The notes: generated by a model not told the origin, from the letters alone. Counted from the stretch's first letter, positions 14,888-25,203 are shown. The stretch is 64,000 nucleotides of DNA from an uncultured Gemmatimonadales bacterium (GCA_963739455.1 CAVUAK010000001.1:1984001-2048000); one strand, 5' to 3'. Made by a program: numbers and translations.

Positions 14888-15598
14888 ATGATGCACCTCA
14901 ATGCCCCGCTGGCCGAGACGCTGCGCGACCGACCACTCGTTGCTCTCGTGCTGCTCTTTGGTGCCGGCCTGCTCACCAGCTTCACCCCATGCGTCTATCC
15001 CATGATCCCCATCACGGCCGGGTTGCTCGGCGGGGCAGGCGCGGCCGGGCGGCCCCCGAGGGCCCGACTCGGCATGGTTGCGCTCTATGTCCTGGGGGTG
15101 GCGCTCGTATATGCGACGCTTGGTGTCATCGCGGGCCTGACCGGTTCGATCTTCGGCGGTGTCAGCACCAACAAGTGGGCTCTCCTGGTCATGGCCAACC
15201 TGCTGCTGGTGTCAGGATTGGCCCTTCTGGACGTCTTCAGCGTACGGGCGACGGGTGGACTGCTCGCGTGGGCGACGCGCTTCACCGCCGAACGGCCGTA
15301 CGGCGCGTTCATGATGGGTGCCACGTCGGGACTGGTCGCTGCACCGTGCGGCGCCCCGGCATTCGCCGTGGTCCTGACGTTTGTCGCCGCGACCGGAAGC
15401 GCGCTGCTCGGCTTCGTCTATATGCTGGCGTTCTCGCTCGGCATGACGGCGGTCCTCGCGGCGGTGGGGGTCTCCGCCGGTGCGCTCGCAGCGCTGCCGC
15501 GGAGCGGGCCATGGATGCTCCGGCTCAAGCGCGCGGGCGGGGTGCTGCTCCTGGTCATGGCTCAGTACTACGTCTTTCAGGCGGGGCGCAATTCATGA
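14888..15598 (+). CDS. ccdA: Cytochrome c biogenesis CcdA / DsbD transmembrane domain
   Basis: SFTPCVYPMIP and AAPCGAP motifs; multiple TM helices. Confidence 0.85.
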   Translation: MMHLNAPLAETLRDRPLVALVLLFGAGLLTSFTPCVYPMIPITAGLLGGAGAAGRPPRARLGMVALYVLGVALVYATLGVIAGLTGSIFGGVSTNKWALLVMANLLLVSGLALLDVFSVRATGGLLAWATRFTAERPYGAFMMGATSGLVAAPCGAPAFAVVLTFVAATGSALLGFVYMLAFSLGMTAVLAAVGVSAGALAALPRSGPWMLRLKRAGGVLLLVMAQYYVFQAGRNS

Positions 15599-16089
15599 GG
15601 TGGCTTGGCGCGACTTTCCTGCTCGTCGCCATCACGGCCGGGCCTGCTCATGCACAGGATGAGGGCATCGCGCTGGGCACGAAGGCACCGGCGGTCGTCG
15701 TCAACGATATCGACGGCAAGCCAGTCAACCTGGCGGACTATATCGGCCGGAAGCCGGTTTTGCTCGAGTTCTGGGCCACCTGGTGCAGCGTCTGCGAGGC
15801 ACTGCTGCCGAAGGTCAAGGCGGCGCATGCCACCTACGGCGAGTCGGTCGAGTTCTTCGGGGTCAATGTCACTGTGAACCAGACCGAGGAGCGGGTGCGC
15901 AGGTGGATCGCCAGCAACAACCCGCCCTATCGCACGCTCTACGACGACAAGGGAGTGAGTACGCGCGCGTATGGTGCACCGGTCACTTCGTACATCGTGA
16001 TCATCGATGCGGCGGGAAAGGTGGCCTACACGGGCACCGGTGCGGACCAGGACATCTCGAGTGCCCTCGCCCGTGTCACGAAACACTAG
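15595..16089 (+). CDS. TlpA/ResA family thiol-disulfide oxidoreductase
   Basis: Signal peptide; LLEFWATWCSVC; ATGA overlap with ccdA. Confidence 0.9.
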   Translation: MRWLGATFLLVAITAGPAHAQDEGIALGTKAPAVVVNDIDGKPVNLADYIGRKPVLLEFWATWCSVCEALLPKVKAAHATYGESVEFFGVNVTVNQTEERVRRWIASNNPPYRTLYDDKGVSTRAYGAPVTSYIVIIDAAGKVAYTGTGADQDISSALARVTKH

Positions 16090-16687
16090 GCGCCTTCCGC
16101 TGCGGCGGGGCCTTAGCGCAGGGCTGGTCCTCGGTGGACTGGCGCTCTGCGGCGCGCCCAGGGCGTGGGGGCAAGCGGACTCCAAGGGGCCCCCGACGGC
16201 GCGGGTGGTGAAGGGTCCGGAAACGGGTCAGCGGGCGCCTGATTTCTCGTTGCCCTGGGCCAACCAGGATGCGGTGGGGTCGGAGGATCAGGCGTTCCGG
16301 CTGACCGACAACCTCGGCAAGGTGGTCGTGCTCGCCTTCTTCCCGCGCGACTTCACGCCGGGGAGTACGGCTGAGCTCAAGGGGCTTGCAGCAGTGGCCG
16401 ACTCTTCGGGCGCGGAGGTGGTAGTCGTGGCTGTCAGCAGCGATTCCCTGGAGACGCATCACCGCTTTGCCAGCAGCCTGGGCATCCGGTTCATGCTGTT
16501 GAGCGACCCGGACCAGCGGGTGGCGCGACGCTATGGCAGCGATGGCGCGGATGGCGTCGACCGGCCGACGGTTTATGTCATCCGGCCGGACGGCAAGGTG
16601 GCCTGGCGCGACCTGGCCCTCGACCCACAGGACAAGCGCGAGTTCGAGGCGTTGAGGAAGGCTGTGGCCAAGGCGGCCCAGCCATGA
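16073..16687 (+). CDS. Exported peroxiredoxin (BCP/AhpC-TSA) homologue lacking the peroxidatic Cys
   Basis: GQRAPDFSL..GKVVVLAFFPRDFTPGSTAE..VSSDS..LLSDPD; canonical motif PxxxTPxCTxE; start codon uncertain. Confidence 0.8.
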   Translation: MSRNTRRLPLRRGLSAGLVLGGLALCGAPRAWGQADSKGPPTARVVKGPETGQRAPDFSLPWANQDAVGSEDQAFRLTDNLGKVVVLAFFPRDFTPGSTAELKGLAAVADSSGAEVVVVAVSSDSLETHHRFASSLGIRFMLLSDPDQRVARRYGSDGADGVDRPTVYVIRPDGKVAWRDLALDPQDKREFEALRKAVAKAAQP

Positions 16688-17478
16688 GCCTCCGTGCTGC
16701 CCTTTTCGGACTGGGATGCCTGGCAGTGCCGCTCGCTCCCCGCACTGATGAACGTTGGCAGTTCGGCAACCTTGAGCAGGGGTATTGCATCACTTTCCTC
16801 GTCAGTCCTGATGATGCTCCGGGTGTCCTGCCCGACGATTCCCAGCCCGTGCGTCTCGATGCCATGAGCGACCCCACGCCGGTGCTGACGCGGGTCCTGG
16901 CGGATCAGCCCGAGTATGCCGCCTGGATGCCGGCTGCGCTGTGCGTGTACCGGTTTGGACGCGCCGACATCGCCGGTCGCGAGCTCGTGGCCTCGACGGG
17001 AAGCTCGGAAATGATCGGGTTTGTGACGTTCGCCGCGCGGGTGACGCCGGGGCAGCCACCAAACGGGCTGTTCGTCAGCGCGGTATTTACGAACGACAAG
17101 CGGGCTGTGAGGCTCACCGACTCCACGGCCATCCCGATGCGTCAGGTCAAGGCCAGCTTTGGCAAAGCGGCGCATGGCGATGACGAGCGCCATGTCATTG
17201 AGTTCGGGAAGACCAAGCTCATCTGGGACGGCCACACCGCATCCGACTCGGCGGTCGCGAGCGGCCCGATCGAGCGGGTCTGGGTCTTCAAGGGCTCAAG
17301 GAACCGGCCGGTCCTCGCGAAGTGGAAGCTGACGCCGGCCAGCAGCCGCTCCATGGTGGGGGCACTGGTCATCGTGGGGAAGGACAAGCTTGCCAAGCTG
17401 CTGCGGAAATCGCCCGTCCGGTATGCGGGCCCAATGTACCAGGGTGGGATTGGCGAACTGAGCCAGATTGCTGAGTAG
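16684..17478 (+). CDS. Hypothetical exported protein
   Basis: 264-aa ORF with a hydrophobic N-terminus, ATGA overlap with the previous gene; no family recognised. Confidence 0.65.
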   Translation: MSLRAALFGLGCLAVPLAPRTDERWQFGNLEQGYCITFLVSPDDAPGVLPDDSQPVRLDAMSDPTPVLTRVLADQPEYAAWMPAALCVYRFGRADIAGRELVASTGSSEMIGFVTFAARVTPGQPPNGLFVSAVFTNDKRAVRLTDSTAIPMRQVKASFGKAAHGDDERHVIEFGKTKLIWDGHTASDSAVASGPIERVWVFKGSRNRPVLAKWKLTPASSRSMVGALVIVGKDKLAKLLRKSPVRYAGPMYQGGIGELSQIAE

Positions 17479-17539
17479 CCCGGGCTGGATTGTGGGGTGA
17501 TGGGGAGGAAGGGATTCGACAGTGGCGCTACCGGTTCTT

Positions 17540-17860
17540 GCGCTGTGGAATCTGTTCGCAATCTGGAAAGTGTTGGCGATTTTACTTGGTAACGACACTG
17601 TCATCATCCGATATCCTGCTTGAGACATGGCACGCTAAGCCATTGATTCATATCAGAATACAAATTTTGTCCAAGCCTGCTTTGCGTTCCATTTCAATCG
17701 ATCACTCGATTTCCAATCCTCTGGGGCTCCGTTCAAATCGGCAGTTTTCAACATGTGGAAATCGGATGTCCTTGAAACAGGATTTCTCCCTGAGGTCTCA
17801 ACCAGGATTCGGTTTTTCATCTAAATGTTGAAAAGTCTTCCACACTCCAGTTGTGGGTAT
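17540..17860. promoter_or_regulatory. DnaA-box-like cluster plus IHF site (oriC- or datA-like locus)
   Basis: AT-richer intergenic gap; TGTGGAATC 17544, TTTTCAACA 17745, TGTGGAAAT 17754, TGTTGAAAA 17826, TCTTCCACA 17836, TGTGGGTAT 17852; TAAGCCATTGATT 17636-17648 matches the IHF consensus YAANNNNTTGATW. Confidence 0.55.
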
Positions 17861-17979
17861 TTCCGGCCCGGCCAAACAAGGCAAAGGGTGCCCCGCATCC
17901 TGGGTGGCGCGACAGCAAATGCGCCGGTCCGCGTACGACCGGTGCGCAAGCGTTCCCGTCGCGTTAGACTGCCCGCACC

Positions 17980-19453
17980 GTGACCCATTCATCGATTCGC
18001 AGGACCAAGATCGTCGCCACGCTGGGGCCCGCGTGGGACAAGCCGGAACAGATGAGCGCCCTGCTGGAGGCGGGCGTTGACGTCGTGCGCGTCAATTCCT
18101 CCCACGGCACCGCCGAGGTGCGTGAACGCTGGATTCGCGAACTGCGCTCGGTCTTTGACGCGAGGGCGGCTTACCAGGCGGCAGCCGTCCTCGTTGACCT
18201 CCGCGGGCCTCGCATCCGGGTGGGTTCGCTGCCCGAGGCGCGGCAGCTCGCCACCGGGTACCCGGGTCGTCTTCGCACCGGAGGCGGATGCCGCGCCCGG
18301 TGAGATCCCTACCACGTACGAGGGCCTGGCCCGGGATGTCGAGCCGGGCTCCACCATCCTTCTGGACGATGGCCTGCTGAGCGTCGAGGTTGAGGACGTG
18401 CGTGGGTCGCGGGTGACGGGTGTGGTGCGGTATGGCGGGCTGCTCAAGCCCAACAAGGGAATGAACCTCCCCGGGGTGGAGGTGAGCGCGCCAGCGATCA
18501 GTGAGAGGGATGCCGAGGAGGTCGGGCGCGCGGTGGCGGCGGGCGCCGACTACATCGCGATGTCGTTCGTGCAGCGGGGCGAGGACGTGGAGGCGCTCCG
18601 AAGGCTGGTGCCTTCCTCGGTCCGCATCGTTGCCAAGATCGAGAAGGACACGGCGCTCCGGAACATCAAGGGCATCCTGCGCGCGGCCGATGCAATCATG
18701 GTGGCCCGGGGCGACCTGGGGGTCGAGCTTGCCCTTCGAGGAGGTGCCACTGACCCAGAAGCGGCTCATCCGGGAGGCCAACATTCACGGCAAGCCGGTC
18801 ATCACGGCCACCCAGATGCTGGAGTCGATGGTTCATGCGCCGCGGCCGACCCGGGCCGAGGCATCGGACGTCGCGAACGCCATCCTCGACGGGACCGACG
18901 CCGTGATGCTCTCGGCGGAGACGGCCGTCGGTTCCTACCCCCGGGAGTCGGTCGAGGCCATGGTGACGGATCGCCAGAGAGCTGGAACAGCCAGCCGCGC
19001 GGGCGCAGCCCTGCGTTCGACATCGCGGTAGGTCGCCGGGTGGAGAAGACTGATCGCTTGCTCAGTGACGACGATGCCGCGGCCATGACGACCCGGACCG
19101 AGTCGGCGATCGCGGTGGCCGTCTGTGCGGCGGCCGAGCTGATGCACGCGCCGGCCATCGTCTGCCTCACGTCCAGCGGCTTCACGGCCCGCACCGTCGC
19201 GGCCTACCGGCCGTCCGTGCCGATCCTCGCCGTGACGCCCGAACCCGAGACCTTCCGGCAGCTCTCGCTCGTGTGGGGTGTGGTGCCGCTCCTGGTACAG
19301 CACTTCCCGAATTACGATGCCCTCCTTCCCGTCGCGCGGCAGCAGTTGCTTTCCCGCGGGCTTGCGTCGCTGGGAGATCGCATCGTTGTCACCGCCGGCG
19401 TGCCCTTCGACACGCCGGGCACCACCAACCTGCTCAAGGTCGAGGCGGTGTAG
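17980..19453 (+). CDS. pyk: Pyruvate kinase (indels near 18255, 18730, 18968)
   Basis: [86 protein letters not shown]. Confidence 0.95.
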
Positions 19454-19458
19454 CAGGC

Positions 19459-20232
19459 GTGCGCCTGACCTTCCTCGGGACGGGGACCTCGTTCGGGGTG
19501 CCGCAGGTCGGATGCACATGTGCAGTGTGCACCTCTACCGACCCGCGCGACCGGCGCACCCGCACCGGGGCGCTGGTTGATGTTGACGGCACCACGCTGC
19601 TCATCGATACACCTCCGGAGCTGCGACTCCAGTTGATCGCCGCCGGGCGATCGCATGTCGATGCCGTGCTCTATACCCACGAGCACGCCGACCACGTCAA
19701 CGGCATCGACGACCTGCGCATCTTCTCGGTTACGCAGCGCGCGGCCCTCCCGGTCTATGGAGCACCCGAGACGCTGGCGCGGTTGCGGGAGAGTTTCCGG
19801 TACATCTTCGATGCCGACATCACCGCGTATGAGGGAACCTCGAAGCCGCTGCTGGCGCCGCACCCGCTGGAGCCGGGGCAGTGGCAGCAGGTGCACGGCG
19901 TGCCCGTCCTGCCGCTGGCGTTCCGTCATGGCCACGGGCGGGTGTTCGGCTACCGCATTGGGGATCTGGCGTACATCACGGACGTGAAGGAAGTTCCCGA
20001 GGCCGCTCGCGCCCAGTTGCAGGGGCTCAAGGTCCTGGTGCTGAACGCCCTGTGGTGGCGTCCCCACCCGACGCACCTCAGTATCGGCGAGGCTGTCGAG
20101 GTGGCGCGCGCGGTCGGCGCCGAGCGCACCTGGCTGACGCACCTGACGCACGAGACTGGGCACGCCGAGTTGCAAGCCCAGCTTCCATCCAATGTCTTCC
20201 CGGCGCATGACGGCCTGATCGTGGAGATCTGA
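19459..20232 (+). CDS. MBL-fold metallo-hydrolase (PhnP/YycJ-like)
   Basis: FLGTGTSFGVPQVGCTCAVC, IDTPPELRLQL, THEHADHVNGIDDLR, LTHLTH, AHDG. Confidence 0.9.
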   Translation: MRLTFLGTGTSFGVPQVGCTCAVCTSTDPRDRRTRTGALVDVDGTTLLIDTPPELRLQLIAAGRSHVDAVLYTHEHADHVNGIDDLRIFSVTQRAALPVYGAPETLARLRESFRYIFDADITAYEGTSKPLLAPHPLEPGQWQQVHGVPVLPLAFRHGHGRVFGYRIGDLAYITDVKEVPEAARAQLQGLKVLVLNALWWRPHPTHLSIGEAVEVARAVGAERTWLTHLTHETGHAELQAQLPSNVFPAHDGLIVEI

Positions 20233-20235
20233 GCG

Positions 20236-21620
20236 ATGATGCGACTTGAATACGGACGGATGCTGCAGGAAGGTCTCGATGGCGTGCACGGCCTGACGCG
20301 GGACCAGCTCGCGGATCTGGGCCGGCGTTTTCCGGGGATACAGGCGGAGGTACGCGCCCGCCGCGCGGCCGGTGAATACGGATTCCACGACCTGGCGGAG
20401 CAGGGCAGTGCCATCCGGAGCATCACGCCAGTTCGCCAGTGGAGTGGGCCAGGCATTCGATCATGTCCTGGTGCTGGGCATCGGCGGGTCGGCGCTGGGT
20501 GCCCGGGCGTTGCTGTCCGCGCTTCGCGCACCGGCGTGGAACGAGCTGGACGACGAGGGGCGCGATTTCTATCCCCGGCTGACGATCCTCGACAACGTGG
20601 ACCCGGCGAGCGTGCACGCCGCACTCCGCCGCATCGATCCGCGACGTGTGCTCGTCAACGTGGTCAGCAAGTCGGGATCGACTGCAGAGACGATGGCGCA
20701 GTACCTCGTCGTCCGGGCCTGGCTCGAGGAAGCGCTCGGACCCGCCGCCACTCGCCACCTCGTCTTCACGACCGACCCGGAGCGGGGTGTCCTGCGGGAC
20801 ATTGCCCGGCGCGAGGGGATCGCAGCGGTCGACGTGCCACCCGCCGTCGGTGGCCGCTTCAGCGTCCTGTCGCCGGTCGGGCTCCTGCCGGCGGCGCTCG
20901 TCGGCATCGACATCGCGGCGCTCCTGGGCGGCGCGGAGCGCGCGCTGCGTGATGCGGAGTCGCCCGACCTGCTGCAGCAACCGGCCGGCACTCCATGCGG
21001 CGCTGCACTGGGCGGCGGACACGTGGCTTGGCGCGCGCATCGACGTGCTGATGCCGTACTGCGACCGGCTGCGGGATGTGGCGGAGTGGTATCGGCAGCT
21101 GTGGGCGGAGAGCCTGGGGAAGCGGCACGACCGGCGCGGTGCCGAGGTCTTCACCGGCCCAACGCCGATCGGCGCCGTTGGCGCCACCGACCAGCACAGC
21201 CAGGTGCAGCTGTTCATGGAGGGACCGTTCGACAAGGTGCTGACGCTGGTGTCGGTGGAGGATCACGGCATCGACGTGGCCATCCCTGGCCGGTCCGAGC
21301 TCCCGGCCGAGCTGGCCTACCTGCCGGGGCGCTCACTCGGCGAACTGCTCGCGGCGGAGTGCCGCGCCACGTCGGGTGCGCTCGCATCGGCGGGCCGCAT
21401 GCACACGGTGCTGCGCCTTCCCGAGGTGTCGGAAGACACGGTGGGCGAGTTGCTGATGTTCTACCAGCTGGCGACGGGATTCGCCGGCGCCTGGTACGGC
21501 ATCAACCCGTTCGACCAGCCCGGGGTAGAACTCGGCAAGCAGCTGACCTTCGCCGCCATGGGGCGTGCCGGCGGTGGTACTGTCCCGAAGCCGCCGCCAG
21601 ATCCTGGCGACTTCGCCTGA
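20236..21620 (+). CDS. pgi: Glucose-6-phosphate isomerase (indels near 20430 and 20985)
   Basis: LGIGGSALG, SKSGSTAET, VGGRFSVLS, QLWAESLGK, GATDQHSQVQL, NPFDQPGVELGK. Confidence 0.95.
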
Positions 21621-21699
21621 GCCACGCTTCGTCCCGGGCCTGGTGCGTCTAGTATTCGACGTCGGCCGCTGACGGGCGACGCATAAACGGGGGTGCACA

Positions 21700-22108
21700 A
21701 TGCGCGATCGCGAGCGCGAAGTCGTATATGTCGAGCGAGGCGGCGACGTCTCTGCCAAGTGGTTCCTGTGGGGCGCCCTGGCCGGCGCTGCCGTGGCGCT
21801 GTTCTACGCACCGGCCACGGGCGAGCAGACCCGTCGCGGCGTGCAGCGGCGCCTGCGGAAGCTCCGGGCGATGGCGGAAGAGAAGATGGACGAGCTCACG
21901 GAGCAGCTCGGCGATCGTCGGCAGCGCGTCGAGGACTGGATCGAGGACGCCAGCGAGGCGCTCGACCCCGACGAGGACGACGAGTTCGACGACGAGCGAG
22001 GAGGAATCCACGCCGGTGACGCCGCGGGCGGAACTCGAGCAGCGCCTGGCCCGGGCCCGCTCGCGGCGCCGTGGCGTGGCCGACGCATCGGAGGAACAGG
22101 GCGCCTGA
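21700..22108 (+). CDS. YtxH domain-containing protein (indel near 21997)
   Basis: FLWGALAGAAVALFYAPATGEQTR is the YtxH signature; tail continues in ORF 21728-22108. Confidence 0.8.
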
Positions 22109-22122
22109 GCGCGCCGCCCCGG

Positions 22123-23050
22123 GTGCGGAGCTGGCACCGCTCCGTCTGGGGCTTCGTTCGGCGCACCCTCGAATCGGCGGACGAGAACAACGTCCCGTTC
22201 CTGGCCAGTGCGCTGAGCTTCGACGCCCTGCTCGCGGTCGTGCCGTTCGTGCTGCTGCTGCTGGTGCTCTTCACCGTGGTGGTGCAGGGCCTGGCGCCGG
22301 ACGGCACCACGCTCGATCCCGACTCCCTCTTTCACCGCTTCCTGCCGCCGCACAACAACCTGCCGGGCCAGGATCCCTTTGGCCCGGTGGAGCGACTGCT
22401 GACCCGCATCTTCGAGAACCGCGGCAACCTGTCGCTGGTGGCGGTGCCGACGTTCCTCTGGTTCAGCACCCGCCTGTTCGCCAGCATGCGAAACTCCCTG
22501 AACTTCGTCTATGACGTGGCGTCCCGTCCCGGCACGAGCCGCGGCATCATCGTCACCTTCCTGCGGAACAAGCTGCGCGACGCGGCGCTGGCGCTGACCG
22601 TGGCCACGCTGTTCCTGATCAACACGGTGTTCTCGGCGGGCCTGGTGCTGCTCCGGTCGCGGAGTGAAGCCGCGGTGCTGCTCGTCGTACACCCTGCTCG
22701 TGAGCACGGTCGGGCGGTTGTTCACCGAGCTCGTCGGCTTCGTGTTCTCGGTCTCCCTCTTCTTCATCATCTATCGCTTCGCGTCGCCACGGCGCATGAG
22801 CGTCACGTCGGTGCTCGTCGCCTCGACCTTTTCGGCCTTCGGGTTCGAGATCGCGAAGCGGCTCTACGGGCTGTACCTGGCCCGGTCGGTGGTGCCGGCA
22901 TCGGCATTCGGCGGCGGGGCCCAGCTTGGCGCGCTGGTGCTGTTCGTGCTCTGGGTCTACTACATGGCGGTGGTGTTCCTGATCGGTGGTGTGGTCGCGG
23001 AACGGTGGGAATCGCTGAAGCTGCAGCGGAAGCAGGGCGCGGTGGCGTGA
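22123..23050 (+). CDS. YihY/virulence factor BrkB family membrane protein (indel near 22680)
   Basis: NVPFLASALSFDALLAVVPF, SLNFVY, FEIAKRLYGLY, LGALVLFVLWVYY; start uncertain. Confidence 0.85.
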
Positions 23051-23078
23051 GGAGCTGAGGATTGGCTATCTTGGGCGC

Positions 23079-23175
23079 GCCTCAGGTCCGAAGGGTGCCG
23101 GCGCGTGAATCGCGTCAGGACCTTGCCGGTAGCAGCGCTAAGCGATGTCCGGTATCGCTTCGGGGAGCCTGAGGC
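23079..23175 (+). ncRNA. ffs: Small bacterial SRP RNA (4.5S)
   Basis: Terminal stem GCCTCAGG / CCTGAGGC; core GTCAGG-ACC-loop-GGT-AGCAGC; typical position immediately upstream of dnaX. Confidence 0.9.
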
Positions 23176-23190
23176 ACTTTATTTCCCCCC

Positions 23191-24846
23191 ATGATCGCCC
23201 TCGCCCGCCGTTACCGTCCCAAGCGCTTCAGCGACCTCCTGGTCCAGGATCACGTCACCGCCGTGCTGCGTGGTGCCGTGGCGAGTGGCCGTGTCGGTCA
23301 TGGCTACCTGCTCACGGGGCCCCGCGGGGTCGGCAAGACGACGGCCGCGCGCATCCTGGCGATGGCGCTCAACTGCGCCAATCGCGATGCCCTGGGCGAT
23401 CCCTGCGGCGAGTGTGACAACTGTCGGCGCACGTGGAGCGGCTCAGCGGGTCTCGACGTCGTCGAGATCGACGCGGCCAGTCATCGCGGTGTCGATGATG
23501 CCCGTGAACTGCGCGAGCGTGCCATGTACGCGGCGTCCCAGGAGGGCCACTACAAGGTCTATATCGTGGACGAGGCGCACATGCTGACGCGCGAGGCATG
23601 GAATGCGCTGCTCAAGATCCTCGAGGAGCCGCCGCCGCGCGTGGTGTTCGTGTTCGCCACCACCGAGCCGCAGAAGATCGCGTCCACCGCTGCGCCCGTC
23701 CTGTCCCGGCTGCAGAGGTTCGATTTCCGCCGCATCGGGCCCGCTGCCATCCGGAACCGGCTCACGGAGGTGCTCGGTATCGAGGGCATCAAGGCCGAGG
23801 ACGATGCGCTGACGCTGATTGCGCGCCACGCCGACGGCGGCATGCGCGACGCCCTCTCGCTGCTCGACCAGTGCCTCAGCTTCGGTGAGGGCGGCGTGAC
23901 GGTGGAGCGCGTGCGCGAGGTGCTTGGCCTGGTTGCCGATGACACGTACGCCGAGGTCTGCCGGATCGTCGTGGAACAGGACGCCGCGGGGGTGTTCCGG
24001 CTGGTGGAGCGGGTGCTCGATTCCGGGGCCGACCTGGGTGAGTTCATGAACGGCGCCGCTGAAATGCTGCGAGCGCTGCTGATGGTGCAGGTGGGCGCGG
24101 AGCCCGAGGGCCTCACGGAATCAGCCCGGGCCATGCTGGAGCAGTATCGCACACGACTCGACCCGGGAGACATTCTCCGCATGCTGCGGCTGCTTGCCGA
24201 CAATGAGACGGCGATCCGGCGGAGCGGCAGTGCGCGCCTGGTGGTAGAGACGCTCCTGCTGCGCTGGGCAATGCTGGACCGGGTGGTGGACCTGCAGGCC
24301 GTGCTGGACGGAACACCTGGTGCGCCGCCGGCGAAGGCCGGGCGGGTTGCCGGAGCGGTGCCAGTTCCCGAGCCTGCGCGTCGTGCCCCGCCTGCAGTGC
24401 CGGCTGCCCCGCTGCCAGCTGCTCCGCCGCCGGCTCCGGTCGCGGCGACCATCGACCGGGTGACCTTCACCCTCGAGGCCCTGACGGCGGCATGGCCCGG
24501 CATCGTCGCGGCAGCGCGCGCGGAGAGCCCGCTCCTCGGCACGGCACTGGCGGCCACCATGCCCGCGATCGTGGCTCCGCCCCACCTCACGCTGCGGCTC
24601 ATCGACCTGGATGCCGGCCTGGCCCTCACCCTCGAGCGGCAGCGCGAGCGGCTGGCTGCCCTCCTCGTGCGGATCGTGGGGGCGCCAGTCGAACTCAAGG
24701 TGGCCGAAGGGGATGCGACGCAGCCCCAGCCCCCGAAGCGCCTGTCGGCGGAGGCGTTGCGCGCCGACCGCCTCAAGGGCCTTCGGGTACGGGATCCGGC
24801 TCTCGATGCGGCCGCAGAGGCGTTAGATTTGGAGATCGTGGAATAG
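23191..24846 (+). CDS. dnaX: DNA polymerase III subunit gamma/tau
   Basis: LARRYRPKRF, GPRGVGKTT, CGECDNC, EIDAAS, IVDEAHML, NALLKILEEPP, ATTE, GGMRDA. Confidence 0.96.
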   Translation: MIALARRYRPKRFSDLLVQDHVTAVLRGAVASGRVGHGYLLTGPRGVGKTTAARILAMALNCANRDALGDPCGECDNCRRTWSGSAGLDVVEIDAASHRGVDDARELRERAMYAASQEGHYKVYIVDEAHMLTREAWNALLKILEEPPPRVVFVFATTEPQKIASTAAPVLSRLQRFDFRRIGPAAIRNRLTEVLGIEGIKAEDDALTLIARHADGGMRDALSLLDQCLSFGEGGVTVERVREVLGLVADDTYAEVCRIVVEQDAAGVFRLVERVLDSGADLGEFMNGAAEMLRALLMVQVGAEPEGLTESARAMLEQYRTRLDPGDILRMLRLLADNETAIRRSGSARLVVETLLLRWAMLDRVVDLQAVLDGTPGAPPAKAGRVAGAVPVPEPARRAPPAVPAAPLPAAPPPAPVAATIDRVTFTLEALTAAWPGIVAAARAESPLLGTALAATMPAIVAPPHLTLRLIDLDAGLALTLERQRERLAALLVRIVGAPVELKVAEGDATQPQPPKRLSAEALRADRLKGLRVRDPALDAAAEALDLEIVE

Positions 24847-24881
24847 GGCTGTGTTTCTTACCCTTGCCGGTGGCAGTGAAC

Positions 24882-25196
24882 ATGGGAATGGTTGACCTTC
24901 AGCAGATGTGGCAGCTCGGCCAGCAGTGGCAGGGCCGCCTTCAGGAACTCCAGACCGAACTCGCCAACCGGACCTTCGAGGTCCAGGCCGGCGGCGGTCT
25001 TGTGCGCGTGACGGTCGATGGGCGTGGGAACATTCGCGACGTGCGCATCGACGCCGAAGCGTTTGCCGGCCGCGATGCTGACCTGCTGTCCGACCTGGTG
25101 CTGTCGGCGGTGGCTGAGGCGCAGCGCCGGGCGGCGGAACTGGTGCAGGCCGAAATGAAGAAGCTGCCGACCCCGCCAATCGGTCCGGGGCTCTGA
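24882..25196 (+). CDS. ybaB: YbaB/EbfC nucleoid-associated protein
   Basis: AGGGLVRVTVDG..LLSDLVLSAV; located between dnaX and recR. Confidence 0.9.
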   Translation: MGMVDLQQMWQLGQQWQGRLQELQTELANRTFEVQAGGGLVRVTVDGRGNIRDVRIDAEAFAGRDADLLSDLVLSAVAEAQRRAAELVQAEMKKLPTPPIGPGL

Positions 25197-25203
25197 ACCG
25201 AGG

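Noticed and set aside
16364..16366. Selenocysteine at the peroxiredoxin active site
   Set aside because: The codon is AGT, not TGA
17502..17525. GGGGAGGAAGGGATTCGACAG resembles a tmRNA 5' end (or the reverse complement of a tRNA 3' end)
   Set aside because: No T-arm (GGTTCGA) or matching acceptor/CCA end 300-400 nt downstream, and no cloverleaf on the minus strand
17490..17831. 113-aa ORF across the AT-rich gap
   Set aside because: TTG start, atypical codon usage and composition; the region is better explained as non-coding
23191..24846. Programmed -1 frameshift in dnaX
   Set aside because: No A-AAA-AAG or poly-A slippery site seen
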